Origin: Mobula hypostoma
Lineage: Eukaryota
DNA length: 64,000 bases
Assembly: GCF_963921235.1 (NCBI RefSeq)
Contig: NC_086097.1
Span: 64,358,001-64,422,000, forward strand
Direction: 5' to 3'
In this document: positions 1-14,081 of the stretch, one piece after another
Layout: each line of letters opens with the position of its first letter
How positions within the stretch are numbered: the stretch's first letter is position 1
Position numbers and translations under genes: made by a program
The notes under the pieces: generated by a model
Told to the model about the DNA's origin: nothing
What the model saw: only the letters and a program-made list of their open reading frames with translations
The model's database searches: none

Positions 1-202
1 AAGAAAAACTGCAGAGAAGTGGAAGGTTTTTACCTTTAGTGTAAAGCTTAGTCCAAAAGTGCAGGAGCAAACAGAAAATAAATTCAACAGTACATATCTG
101 AAAGGGTAAATTGTGGTTAAGCAGTGATTTTTAGAAAGCTATAAAGTAATTTTGGTGCATGTATTTACAATTGCATAGCAAGCACATGTTTATAATTGCA
201 TT

Positions 203-1997
203 GTGGCGCATGTGGAAGGGCATTCAGGACATCACCAACTACAAGACAACACCACCTGCCTGTGTGGTGATGCCTCCCTCCCAGATGCGTTGATTAACTT
301 CTATGCTTGTTTTGAGGCAGGAAATGACGTGGCGGCGAGAAAGACCACCCCTCCTCCAAACAACCAGGTGCTGTGTCTTACCGTGGCCGATGTGAGGAGA
401 ACCCTGTGCAGGGTTAAACTACGGAAGGCTGCTGGACCAGACAATATTTCTGGCAGACTGCACAAAAGATATGCAGACCAGCTAGATGAGATTCTCACTG
501 ACATCTTCAACATCTCGCTGAGCAGCGCTGTCGCTCCTACGTGCTTCCAGGCCGCCACTATTGTCCCTGTGCTGAAGAAGTCTTCAGTATCCTGCCTCAA
601 CGACTACTGTTCTGTTGCACTCACATCCATCATCATGAAGTGTTTCCAAAGGCTCGTCATGAGGCACATCAAGACCCTGCTGCCCCCCTCACTGGACCCC
701 CTGCAGTTCGCATACCAACCCCAACCGTTCAACAGACGACGCCATTGCCATCACCCTCCACCTGGACAAAAAAGACAAGTACGTTCGAATGTTGTTCATA
801 GACTTCAGTCCAGCATTCAACACAATCATTCCTCAGAAACTGATTGGAAAGCTGAGCCTACTGGGCCTGAACACCTCCCTCTGCAACTGGATCCTAGACT
901 TCCTGACTGGGAGGCCTCAGTCAGTCTGGATTGGAAGCAGCATCTCCAACACCATCACACTGAGCACGGGGCTCCCCAGGGCTGTGTGCTCAGTCCACTG
1001 TTGTTCACTCTGCTGATCCACGACTGTGCTGCAACACACAGCTCGACCATATCATCAAGTTCGCTGATGACACAACCGTGGAGGGTCTCATCAGCAAGAA
1101 CGATGAGTCAGCATACAGAGAGGAGGGGCGGCGGCTAACAGACCAGTGCAGAGCCAACAACCTGTCTCTGAATGTGAATAAAACAAAAGAGATGGTTGTT
1201 GAATTCAGGAGGACACGAAATGACCACTCTCTGCTGAACATCGACGACTCCTCCGTAGAGATCATTAAGAGCACCAAATTTCTTGGTGTTCACCTGGCGG
1301 AAAATCTCACATGGTCCTTCAACACCAACTCCATAGAAAAGAAAGCCCAGCAGTGTCTCTACTTTCTGCGAAGGCTGAGAAAAGTCCATCTCCCACCCCC
1401 CATCCTCACCACATTCTACAGAGGTTGTATTGAGAGCATCCTGAGCAGCTGCATCACTGCCTGGTTCGGAAATTGCACCATCTCGGATCGCAAGACCCTG
1501 CAGCAGATAGTGAGGTAAGCTGAGAAGATCATCAGGGTCTCTCTTCCCGCCATTACATACATTTACACCACACGCTGCATCCGTAAAGCAAACAGCATTA
1601 TGAAGGACCCCATGCATCTCTCATACAAACTCTTCTCCCTCCTGCCATCTGGCAAAAGGCACCGAAGTATTCGGGCTCTCACAACCAGACTATGTAACAG
1701 TTTCTTCCCCCAAGTCATCAGACTCCACAATACCCAGAGCCTGGACTGACACCAACCTACTGGATTCTACTGTGCCTGTTGTCTTGTTTAATGCCTGCAC
1801 TGTTTTGTGCACTTCATGCAGTCCTGGGTAGGTCTGTAGTCTAGTGTAGTTTGTGTTGTTTTATGTAGTTCAGTGTAGTTTTTGTATTGTTCATGTAGCA
1901 CCATGGTTCTGAAAAACATTGTCTTGTTTTTACTGTGTACTGTACCAGCAGTTATGGTCAAAATGACAATAAACAGTGACTTGACTTGACTTGACTG
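203..1997 (+). mobile_element. 5'-truncated Rex1/Babar-like LINE with frameshifted RT
   Basis: Peptides [73 protein letters not shown] spread over three frames. Ends in AATAAA plus a (GACTT)n tail. Confidence 0.85.
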
Positions 1998-2444
1998 AAG
2001 TGCACAATTGCAGTCTTAAACTCCAAATACTGAAATAAAATTTGTTCAGATTGTACAGAGGGTCATTTTCAGCCAGCTACTATGAGATCTCTGAAACAAA
2101 AACTGCATCAAGTTAGTTTTCCAAGACCCAAAGACATTTATATTTGGCAATGATTAGCAACACTACTCAAAGCCCACAAATAGTCACTACTTTATCAATT
2201 CACGTCAGTAAATGTAGCTTCTGAAGTTGGTCTTAAATCATATTTGTCTTTAAAGGAAAGAATATCACTCCACATTATCATATAACACTTATGGATATAT
2301 TTCATGATTACACATTGAATACTTCAGCTTTAATATTATTCATAATGGCAAAAAGTAGATATTTTGTATTTAAAAAACCCTTATTCTTCAGTCAAGAAAA
2401 AATATCCAACACTTCAAAAGTTAAGATTCTACTATAAAGTGACA

Positions 2445-4830
2445 TGGAACATTACAGCAGAGTACAGGCCCTTCAGCCCATAATGTTTTGCCAACCTTTT
2501 AACATACTCCAAGATCAATCTATTTCTTCTCTCCCACATAGCTCTTCAGTTTTCTTTCAGTGTGTCTATCTAAGAGTCTTTTAAATCTACCTAATGTATC
2601 TGCCTCTATCACCATCCCCAGCATTGCATTCCACACATATACCACTCTGTGTAAAAACTTACTGCTGACATTCTTCCTAAACATTCCTCCATTCACCTTA
2701 AAATAATACCTTCTTGTATTAGTCATTTCTGCCCTGGGAAAATTGCACTGGCTATTCATGGTGTCTAAGCCTGCTATACACCCCTATCGTGTTACCTCTC
2801 ATCCTCCTTTATTCCAAAGAGAAAAATCCTACCTTGCTCAACCTTTCCCCATATGACATGCACTCAAATCCATGTAGTATGCTGGTAAATCTCTGCATCT
2901 TCTCCAAAGCTTCCACATCCTCCCTATAATGAGGCAATCAGAACTGAACATAATATTCCAAGTGTGATCTAACCAGAGTTTTGTAGAGTTACATTACCCC
3001 TTGGCTCCTGAACTCAACCCCATTACTAATGAGGGCTAACACACAGTTCGCCCTGTTAACCACCCAATCAATTTGTGTGGCAACTTTGAGGGATCTATGG
3101 ATATGGACCCCAAAATCACCCAGCCATTAACCTTGTACTCTGCCTTCAAGTTCAACCTTTCAAAGTGAATCACTTCACACTTTTCTGGATTGAACTCCAC
3201 CTGCCACCACTTAGCCTAGCTCTGCATCCTATCAATGTCACGTTATAACATACGATAACCTTCTACACTATCCACAACACACCAACTTCCATGTCATCAG
3301 CAAACTTGTTAACCCCCACCTTCTTCTTCCTCATCAAAGACATTTATAAAAATTACAAAAGCAAGCGTCCAAGAACAGATCCCCATGGAACACCACTGGT
3401 CACAAACTTCCGGACAGAGTACGCTCTATCTATTACCACCCTCTGCCTGCTATGGGCAAATCAATTCTGAATCCACACAGCCACGTTTTCCTGGGTTCCA
3501 TGCCTGCTGAATTTCTGAATAAGCCTACAATGGGGATTCTAATCAAAAGCAATGAAATCCATAAATACCAAATCCACTGCCCCACCTTCATCAGTTTGTT
3601 TGTCACTGCCTCAAAGAATTCAATCAGGCTCGTGAGGCATACTTGCCCCTCATCACAAAGCCATGCTGACTACCTCTAATCAGACTATGCTCTTCCAAAT
3701 GCTCATAAATCCTGTCTCTAAGAATCCTCTCCAATTGTTTGACCATCACTGATGTAAGACTCACTAGTCTACAATTTCCAAAGATCATCCCTATTACCGA
3801 CCTTGAACAAAGAGACTGCTGCAAAGATCATTCCCAAAGTTGCAGCAATCTCTTCCCCCACTTTCTGTAGTAAACAAAGGTATATTCTGTCCAGGCCCGG
3901 GGACTTACCTTTCCAAATTTTTTCGAAATTTCCAGATCTTCTTAACGCTGACACGTTCTAGCATATTAGCCTGTTCTACGCTATCCTCATATTCATCAAG
4001 CTGCCTCTCACTGATGACTACTGAGGCAAAGTATTCATTAAGGACTTCATCTATATCCTCGTCTTCAAGTGCGTTTCCTCTTTTATCCCTGATCAGTCCT
4101 ACCCTCACTTTAGCCTCTTGTTCATCACGTATATGCAGAACGCCTTAGGGCATTCCTTATTTTTACCTGCCAAGGTCTTCTCATGTCTTGTTCAAGCTCT
4201 TGTAAGTCCCTTCGCAAGTTCTTTCCTGGCTACTTTATAACTCTGAAGTCTGACCCTTGCTTCCTAAATCTTGCTTCTTTCTTCCCCTTGACTAGCTGCT
4301 CCACATCTCTTGTCAACTATGGCTCCTTAATTGTACCATCCTCAATGGAGCAAATCTATCCAGAATATCATGCAAATGCTCCCTAAGCGCAACTTCAACA
4401 TTTCCGTTGTACATTTCCGAGTACATCTCTTCCAAATTTACACTCCCTAGTTCATGCCTAATAACATATTTCACCCTCCCCCAATTAAATACTTTTGCAG
4501 AGCATCTGTTTATGTGTATATTTAAGGCGGAAGTTGATCATTTCCGGATCGGTCAGAGCAACAAAAGATATGGTGAGAAGGCAGGAGTATGAAGTTGAAT
4601 GGGATCAGGGATCAGCCATGATGGAATGGCGGAGCAGACTCAATTGGCTGAATGGCTTAATTTTGTTCTTATGCCTTATGGTTCCTATCCCCGTCTAAAG
4701 CTATGCTAAAGGTTAGGTAGTTGTGGTCATCGTCTCTGAAATACACACAGGAGATCAGTCACTTCACCAGGTTCATTGCCGAGTACTAGATTCAGTATGA
4801 TCCTTTGGTTGGCCTATCCACATATCTTGT
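2445..4830 (-). mobile_element. Decayed CR1-clade LINE, with a plus-strand CR1 3' fragment inserted at about 4505-4685
   Basis: Minus-strand peptides VLNEYFASV, GKSPGLDRIY, LVSLTSVMVKQLERILRDRI, SQHGFV, VWNAM. The CR1-type 3' tail is at the 2445 end. Confidence 0.8.
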
Positions 4831-5389
4831 CATCTCAACTCTAGTTATAAATATTTATAGGAATATTTAATAATATTATTTAAACACATGGAACTGAGGA
4901 TAGATTACAAAATAATTGAAAAAAATCTAGTATTTATACTAATGATGTCTGTTTAAGTTTGCAGCTCACTTACTTGCAAGCTAGAGAGGATGTGGTTTCA
5001 AGTACTATTGTGCAGACTTGAACATAAAAACCTAAGCTCATTGTTAAAGAGAAATACGAAGTATGTGCAGTACTTTTAAATGTGTCAGCTTTTGTATAGC
5101 ATTTGTATCAATAACAGAACCAAAAAAAAAACGCACACTGTAATGCAAAGCAATGACAAATACTGGAAAGCATTTGGCAAATCATACTGCATCATTGGAG
5201 AGAGCAAGGTAGTCAACATTTTGGGTCAATGATCTTTCAAAAGAATTGAAAATTGAGAATAAAGTACAGGTAAGTTGTGTGCGGGCATAGTATGGAGAAA
5301 AGGAAATGTCTAGTAAGGTGTAAACCAAACTTGTAGAGAAGAGTGTGGGCAAGAGAGAGGGCACAAGCAAGAGAGGAAGCAGACTTCAG

Positions 5390-5850
5390 AGAGGGTGCAG
5401 AAAAGGTTGCATGATTTGGAGTTTTTCATGTAAAGAGAGGTTAGAAAAAATCAGATTGTTTTCTCTGGGCCGATTGAAGGGTGAGAGGTTAACCTCAGAA
5501 AAATACAGAATTATGAGAGATAATGATAGAATAAATAATCAAAGGTCAAATACTAGAGAGCGTAGGTTCATGGTGAAAGGGGAAAAGCTGGAAGTAGATT
5601 TGCAAGGCAAGTTTTAACTTTTTTTTAAAAACACAAAGAATGGCAAGTGCCTAGGTTGCAAGCCAGGGTAGGTGGTAGAAGCAGATGCAATGCAATGTCT
5701 AAGAAGCATTTAAAGGGACACAAAAGTGGCGGAGAGTAGCAGTAGATGGAGCATGTGCTGGCAAATGAGATTAATTCGGATTTATATCGTGTTTGGAGCA
5801 AACATGGCGAGCTGAAAGGCCTGATCGTATGTTACACTATTCTAGGCTCT
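5390..5850 (+). mobile_element. CR1 3' fragment
   Basis: ERLEKIRLFSL-like C-terminal peptide and a tail resembling the other CR1 ends in the window. Confidence 0.6.
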
Positions 5851-8249
5851 TTAAAAAAAAGAGCAAGAGAAAAATAGTAGAGAAAAGAGAATACCTTAAA
5901 TAGTTAAATTCGGTATATTAAGTTTTTATTGTTATTTTCCACTTGACAAAAGATATGAGGTGGCAAGCAGCTGTTAGAGCAATGCAGGAAGTGAAAGAGT
6001 TGAGAGTGAGAGCAGTTCAGCAAACTGCCTGTCACAGCACTCCACCATCTTTCACATTTTTTTGCCACAACTTAAGCATTCCGAGAGACTAACGTCCCCA
6101 CAACTCTCTTGACTAATCTTGCAACACTACCAACCATTCCCCTTCTCACTGCAGTTTCCCATTCAGTCACCAAAAAATGCAACACCTGATTTTTTTTAAT
6201 GATTTCCAAGAAACCAGAAAGTACTTATTTCAATTTAGTCTACGTTTGGTACCCATGATGTTGTTGTGTTACAGAATTCAAATACAAATTGGACAACCAC
6301 TTTGCAGAACACTTCCATTCAGTCCATAAGGGTGACATTGAGATTCCTTTTTCCAGTCACTGTAATTTTCTGTCCCACTCATATTTTATCCTCTGCCTTC
6401 ACTACAATATTAATCCGATAAAGACTAAGGAATCAGTACCTCACCTTTCATTGGGGTAATCGCTGGAACTTAATTTCAAACTTGACAATTTCAGGTAATC
6501 TTCTCTCCTCTTTTCCATTTCTCCATAGATGTGGTATAATTATTTCAATTTGTTTCATTTTTCTATTGATACCTTTTAAAGGCAATTGTTAACTTTAAGG
6601 CAATGGTCAGTACCTTATTCTGTTCTTTTGTTCTGTACTTCTACATCACTGCAACACAAAAGTCAATTTTCTTCCAATTTATTTCATTTACGTTGACAGA
6701 TCCTTGACCAAAAGATTAATTTTTCTTCTCTCCCCACTAAGATTGTTTGACCTGATGCTTCTTCTAGCATTTTCTGTTTTAATTTGTGTCAATAAGCCGA
6801 AGTTCTTTTTCTTCAATGGTCCCTCAGTGTCACTGATGATTTGGTTCTATTCCTGTTTTGTGGTTTCTGAGACAATTCCTGTTCTGTGGTTTGTGGTTTC
6901 TAAGACAATTGTTGAGGACAATGCAGGAAGTGCAGAATTTTCCAGAGAATGTCTAATGGAGCAAATCTATGGGTTGCGTACAGAGTTTCTGCGTGCTTCT
7001 GATATGTGGACTCCACAATCTCAATATCATGCAAAAGCTCCTTCTCTATTTGATGATCCAAAGTTTAGCCATACTAGTATTTCCCAAAAGTCAGTCAGAA
7101 TATTGCATCTTTTCAAGTCTGCTTGAAAATATCTTCTCATGACAGAACTTCCAATACTGCTTTAGGAGTTTGATACTGGATGTCTGACTACATGACCTGC
7201 CCAATGTAGGCAGTTGTGCAATTAGGGCCTTAAAACTGGGGATACATTTGAATAGCAAATCTATTTGACAGAAGTCATAAGCAGTGGACTTATCATTTAT
7301 TTCCATAAATTAGAATATTTTGGATCATCAAGAGAAGATTTTGGTGTCCCAATTCAAAGTTACTAATTGAAGGTAACCATCCTCACTTCCAAAAAAAAAC
7401 TTTAAAGGAAACAAAGCAACAACAAAATAGTACAACATAACAAAGCTGCTTAAGCTTCAAAGAACAAATTGTTAGTTTGGCAATTGTACTGGGCTCATGG
7501 GATTTAGTTAGGAAATCCTTTGTTTCAAATCAGGGGTATAAAATAAAGCCACGTAATGTGCAGTAAAAACTCCAAAGTATAGGTACATATAAATACAGAC
7601 ACTCTATGGGTTGTGAGCACCTGACTTATCAACAATACCCCTACATACAAATGAGCTCTCATATTATTAAATTCAAAAATCTTATGTACATAAACAGGTC
7701 GTTTCCTATGACCAGCAGAATTATTTTCCTTCCTCTCTCCCACACATACACTTTCAGTAATTCTTTGCTCTTATCAGGAATGTATGTTTTTGATGAAATT
7801 CATTACACTACTGATGAGGTATGGTCAACTCTATCAAATGATTTTTGTGTATTTTCCAATTAATATTCAAAATTGACATTTGAACATCTACTTGTTTATA
7901 AATGCTTATTTGTATAATAAAACATTTCTTAACAAAATCTGTCAGCACAATGGTGAATGGTTTAGTTTTCCAAAGGCCTAAATTTTAGTGCAGAAAATCA
8001 AATGGATAAGATTATTTCATTGTTTTAGTCATGGTGCTACAATCACAGTTTTCCATAGGGCCACACCCTACCCCTCCAGCATTCATTTAACATAGCCATG
8101 GCACGGCAACACTAGCTGAATACACACAAGTTCAGTTCAAGGTCAAAAACTTGTTTACCATTTGATCCTTCCTTTACCCAATTTAAATGAAGATTCAGTA
8201 TTTTAGAATACATTAATTCAAAACACAATAATTACAGTAAGTACGAGCC

Positions 8250-8780
8250 TACGAAAAGTGGTGGATATAGCCCAGTCCATTAAATGAAAAGCCCTCCCAA
8301 CCATTGAACCCATCTACAAGGAATGCTGCCACTAGAAAGTAGAATCCATAATCAAGGACCCCAATCATGCAAGTCATGCTGTCTTCCCGCTGCTGCACTG
8401 GAAGGAGGTACTGGAGCCTTAGATCTCACACCACAAGGTTCAGGAAGTTATTAACTTTCAGCTATGAGGCTCCTAAATCAGCATGGATAACTTCACTCAT
8501 CACTACACTGAACTGATTTCAAAACCTATGGACTCACTTTTAAGGACTCTAAACTTATGTTCTCAACTTTCTCGCTCCAGCTTATATTTATTATCATTTG
8601 TTTTATCTGATTGTACAGATTGTCTTCTCTTACACATTAGTTGTTTGCCAGTCTTTGTGTAGCTTTCATTAATTTTATCGTTTCTTCGTATCTATGAATG
8701 CCCACAAGAAAATGAAACTCAGGGTAGTATTTAGTGACATATACATACTTATGTCACGACAATAAAATTGCTTTGAACTT
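8250..8780 (+). mobile_element. Rex1/Babar-like LINE 3' fragment
   Basis: ccataatcaaggacccc...gaaggaggtac...caggaag resembles the 3' ends at 53340 and 56540. AATAAA plus ttgaactttgaa tail. Confidence 0.6.
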
Positions 8781-9331
8781 TGAAGGATAATATCCATAAT
8801 ACTGCACCTACTAACTTGCACCCAAGTACTAATGAATTACACTTTAAGTTTTTATTTTCAAGATGTGTAGATAAAATTCCTTCATTGGTTAAAAAAATAC
8901 TAAATAATCACTATAAAGAAATGGAATTCTATAAAACATTTACGGTTATGCATGAAATGTTTTGGTGGTGTACTCATGGAAGGGAAGAGGTTTCATTTGG
9001 TGTAAAAGGAGGAAGAGTTTCCAGGGCAAGTTGGCACCTGGTAATGACAAATTGGACCCGACGAAATACATGTCAACTTATAACAGCTGATCTCCTGTAC
9101 ATCAGATATATTGGTTTAATAGCAAAGTACACTAGATGCAATCAATATAAATACTGTTTTTCAAGTGACTGAGTGGGTAGTGTTTTGCTCCATGGAATCA
9201 AGTGTACATTCTTTTAGTGATATATAACCATAAAATTAATGTAAATATGTTAATGTTTACATTGAAGTGATTTGCTTTGGTCTTTAGTCCTTAAATCCAT
9301 TGTTGCCCCTCACCAGCTGTCGTCCAAACTC

Positions 9332-9602
9332 TACTACTACTACTACTACTACTACAACATCGACTCCGGCTTAGGGGGCCAGCATCGGGCACGATGACGG
9401 ACTCTCCACTTCTCCCTCTCCCTCAGTGTGTTCTGTTCATCTACATTAGCTGCGCCGCTGTCTTCTAGGAGCATGTTGACCATAGCCTTGGGAGGGCACC
9501 CCAGGGTTCATCCTCCCGTGCTTGGGCTCCCATATGATGACTAGACTGGCAGGTAGCTCGGGGTGGCGTAGACAGTGTCCCGCTAGTTGTAGTCTTCTCG
9601 CC
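9332..9602 (-). mobile_element. 5'-truncated RTE-clade LINE with (TAG)n tail and 9-bp TSD
   Basis: Minus strand reads ARRLQLAGHCLRHPELPASLVIIWEPKHGR, an RTE-type C-terminus. (TAC)n at 9332-9355. Direct repeat TCCAAACTC at 9323-9331 and 9603-9611. Confidence 0.75.
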
Positions 9603-11084
9603 TCCAAACTCATTGCATGCTTTATCTTATTAAATTTAAGGTATCACACTATTGCACAGAGTTACTAGCTTAGTAGTTTCAACATAAAACAAATTGAGTT
9701 AATATATTTCATTTCAAATTTCGAAGTACATTTATTACTGAAGAATGTAGAAATTATACAACCTTCAGATTTGTTTGCTTACAGGTAGCCACAAAGCAAG
9801 AAACCCGGGAGAACCAAATTAAAGAAAAAAAATGAAAGACCAACACCAGAATGCAAGAGAAAGCAAAAAAATGCACAAATCTTGAAAACAAATGAAGTGA
9901 ACTACAACATTCCGAACCAAAATTGAGTCCTCACAACCTCATTCTGGAGCAGCTGGGAGTATGCCACAAGCCTCGCGTATCAGTTCATCATATTACTGAA
10001 CATGAAGCACAACAGCCGGAGCATTACAATATTAGCATTACGCTCGTATAATATGTAATTACACAATACAAGTTGAAATTCTTGGAAAGTCAGGTCAGTC
10101 AGCATTTATAAAAGAACAGGCTTTGACATTTGAAATGTTTAAAGCAATTCAGTAAAAGCCAGGCCTTTAAAGATATGGTACATTTTCATACGTGTATACT
10201 TCAAATTAAAGCACTCTTGATGCATACATAAAAAGCTGAAATGATCGTAATGTTCAAGGGCACTAAGACAGGCTCATGAAGAGTGCAGAATGGAGGAAAA
10301 ATTAAGACAATAAGCAGGTAGATGGTATTAGTTTGGAGTGACATTATGGCCAGCACTGATGCTGTCCATTAAGAGTCTGCTCCTGTGTTGCAGTTTTTTA
10401 TTTTACGTTCTAAGTGGACATCAGAATAAATGAAAACAAATGGACAAGAGAAAGTGTTAACCGAGTTGCCCATCAACCTATAATGTTATTCCAATGAACT
10501 GTTTCACTCTCTTTTTCCTGTGAAAATGAATGCCGCATCACAATCAGTCTTTTTTCTCTACAGGTTCTAGGTACTTTCAACATGTCTTTATTTTACATTT
10601 TCAGACTTCCACATTTATTTTGTTGTTCAGATGTATTCCATTCATAAGTTTCCAAAGTCTCCAAATCTCAATGTCAAAGGAAAAGATGTCAACTAAAACA
10701 CCATACATATATTAATTTTTGCGAGAAGGTACTTTCTGGGATTAACAAAAACCTGTTCAAGTCAGCGTGCAGTTGGAAATAAACTCGTTTACAAGATTTT
10801 GAATATTGTGCAAAGGCTGTAGATGGTGTTGTAAGCATATGTTTATACAACTGAATGATTACAACAAAACAACATAGTGAGCTAATCTGTGATCTAATCA
10901 TCCTGTCAAATATACACACCCTATGATCTCCCCGTGTCTGTACTAACTTTGTTCGCTGTGGATACTACAATTTGAGAGGGAGAAGCACAAGTCATATGTA
11001 TCAGTATCACAATGGACTAAAGGAAATTACAGAGACAGGAGGATACTGACAGAGATGACGGCAGAGCAAAGGTGGCTTAAGTTC

Positions 11085-11243
11085 ACAAGGCGCAGGACAG
11101 ATATGTCCCACAGAAGTTGTTCTCAAGTGGCAGGGCTAGGCAACCGTAGCTGACAAGGGGAAGTTAAGGACTGAATAAAAGTCAAGGAAAGGGCATATCA
11201 GGTGGTAGAAAAAGTGAGTGGGAAGTTGGATGATTGGGAAGCT
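11085..11243 (+). mobile_element. CR1 LINE, 5' piece (interrupted by the L1)
   Basis: CR1-like sequence stops at TGGGAAGCT and resumes after the same 9-mer at 19566. Confidence 0.7.
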
Positions 11244-11487
11244 CTTTTTTTAAATTAATTTTTTTAATGCATTTCTACAGTGAAACTACAGAGAAAAAAC
11301 CCAACAAAATAGAGATTTAAACAGTGCGAAACAAACAAATCCAATATGTAATTCATAACAATAAGAAAAAGCACCCAAATGAGAATTATGTAAAATTAGT
11401 ATCCACCCCAACCTCCCACTGAAAAAAAACACAGGCCAACCATTTCTGCATACAAAAAAAAATTAATCGGAGCATTCAACCCCAGAG

Positions 11488-11490
<3 letters not shown>

Positions 11491-11547
<57 letters not shown>
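11491..11547. repeat. (TG)n microsatellite in the L1 3' UTR
   Basis: About 28 perfect TG units. Confidence 0.97.
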
Positions 11548-11552
<5 letters not shown>

Positions 11553-13158
11553 ATATAAAAAAGTACAATGCTGACTACCAAAAGTATAATGTAATTCACA
11601 ACAAAAAAACGTACAACTTATGAAAAAAAAAGCTGAAAGTAAGGGATTGTAGCATATAAAAAAGGATAAACTTACCCTAAAGAGTTATGAAAATATTCAA
11701 GAAAAGGTCCCCACACCTTATGAAACTCATGTCCGAATTAAGAAGTGAATAATTAATCTTTTCGAGGTCTAAACAGGCCATAATATCACTAAGCCATTGA
11801 GCGCGAGTGGGTGGGGCAGCATCTTTCCACCTAAGAAGAATCAACCGTCCAGCCAAGAGAGAGGCAAAAGATAAATGTTCGACGTTTAGTCAGACTCAGG
11901 TGCATATTTACTTCACCCAAGGTGCCAGAAACAGCAACCAGAGGGTTAGGTTCTAAATGGCAATTAAGATTATGAGATAGGGTTGAAAAAAAGTTTCTCT
12001 CCAGAATTTCTCTAGACTAGGACAGGCCAGTACATATGAACAAGCCCCTTTACACTTATCACAGACAGGACTAATGTCAGGGTAAAACTGCGATAATTTC
12101 GTTTTAGACATGTGAGCCCTATGTACAACTTTGAACTGCAAAAGGCCGTGGCGAGCACATAGACAGGTTGAGTTGACTGACTTAAGAATTGAATCCCAAA
12201 CCACATCAGATAAGTAGATAGTTAGATCTTGTTCCCAGACAGTTCTAATTTTATTGAAAGGGGCACGCCTCAAAATCACTAACTTATCCCGAATAGCAGA
12301 TATTAAACCTTTACCCAATGGATTAATACAAAGAAACAATTCCAGAACATTTTTCTCAGGCATCTCAGGAAAGTTTGATATCAAAGGGTTAATGAAATGT
12401 TTAATTTGAAGATATCTAAAGAAACTTTACAGACAGTTGTTGAAAAGTTGCAAAACGATTATCTATGAAAAGATCTTCAAAGCGCCTAATAGCCTTTCTA
12501 TACCAGTCATAAAATGTTGAATCCCGCATAGAAGGTAGGAAAAGATGATTGTGTAAGATAGGGCTAGAGAGACAAAAACATGAGGACCATTAAATTTTCT
12601 GAACTGAGCCCATATTCTTAAAGTAAGTCTGATAAGAGGATTAACAATAAGTCTAGGCAAATGACAAGGAAGTGCAGAACCAAGAAGTGCAGAAATTGAA
12701 AGATCCTTAGTAGAGTTCAACTCCATTGTCACCCATTTTGAGCAGTCAGACTTATTATTGAAGACCGACCAAAAAATAAGACAACGAATATTGGCTACCC
12801 AATAATATAAACGAAAATTAGGCAAGGCCATACCACCTTCCTCTTTAGATTTTTGAAGTTGAGCTTTATTAAGTCTAGGGCGTTTACCCTTCCATAGATA
12901 AGACGAAATAATAGAATCTAACCCATTGAAAAAAGCTTTAGAAATAAAAATTGGTAAAGACTGAAATAGATACAAAAATTTAGGAAGGATATACATTTCA
13001 ATGACATTAGTACGACCTACAAGAGACATAGACAAGGGTGACCATTGTGTCAAACTCTGTTTTGTAGAGTTTAGATGATTGGTAAAATTTTCTCAAAAAA
13101 GATTCTTAAAGTTCCTTGTTACTGTAATACCAAGATAAGTGAATTGATTGTTAACTAC

Positions 13159-14031
13159 TGTTACATGCTCAAGGAGATCTTTTTTTTGTGAGAATGCTGT
13201 AATGGTCTTTTGGAGGTCACCTGATGTGATTTTCCCGCCGATGTGAGGTCACGTGATGACATGTGCCCCATGACTATATAAAGGTCGACTCAGGTGACGC
13301 AGTAGGGGTTTTTGAGTTTGTAGATTTCCAGGTAGAACGTGTTGTATCTCCGTTTCTGTTGCGTTTGTTTTTGTGACGCAGTTTCATTTTTAAAACGGTT
13401 GTACGTTCTGTTGAAAGATTCTATATTACTTGGACTGGAAATTTGTGGTTGGAAGTGCCAATTCACTCAATTCCGACAGTCTTGAAGGGAGAGTGAAGAA
13501 TTCATCGAGGTGAAGGATCGAGAGAAGTCGGCATCGGTTGGCAGTTTAATAAAGGATCGTCCTTATTGAGTCTTCGTTGAAGAGAAGCTGCATTGAGATA
13601 ACTCTTGCAATAGCGCAATGAGTTCATGCACAAAGGCTCTCTCTCTCTCTAAACAATTTAAGGTCAGTTGATTTAAACTGTTTATTTTCGGCATCGGGAA
13701 TCCTGTGGACAGAACCGGCAGTAAAGGTGCGTCAGTGAAGACATCGTTCTCCAGAGAAGTCTCTCCCAATTGAATGTGTGAAACTGTTGGACTTTAGAAG
13801 TTATCGCTTTAAGAACTGTATCTAACTGTATTGCTTTAAGAACTGTTTTCGCAGTTAACGCTTTAAGAACCAGAGCCGAGTGGAGTTGATGAACGGCTGT
13901 GTACCTATTTAACCTCCGGTCAAAGTTTTCCTTTGTTTTTTCTCCTTATCGTTTATACATGTTTAATAAATGTTTGGTTGTTTTTATAAAACCTGTCTCG
14001 ATTAATATTCATTGTTGCCAGTTACGTAACA
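13159..14031 (+). mobile_element. Solo LTR (Gypsy- or ERV-type) inserted in L1 ORF2
   Basis: 873 bp with TGTTAC...GTAACA termini and 4-bp TSD CTAC (13155-13158, 14032-14035). TATATAAA near 13275 and AATAAA near 13965. The L1 frame (FHDLSFKVVNNQFTYLGI) rejoins when it is removed. Confidence 0.85.
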
Positions 14032-14081
14032 CTACTTTAAAAGAGAGGTCATGGAATAGTAAAGCTTGTGCTTCTCTATTA

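Noticed and set aside
4973..5031. Possible extra minus-strand exon (ttag...gtaagt)
   Set aside because: No frame resembles RALGAPA1, and two frames contain stops; chance splice-like motifs.
6704..7126. 140-aa ORF
   Set aside because: TTG start, no recognisable domain, overlaps decayed repeat-like sequence, and lies antisense in an intron.
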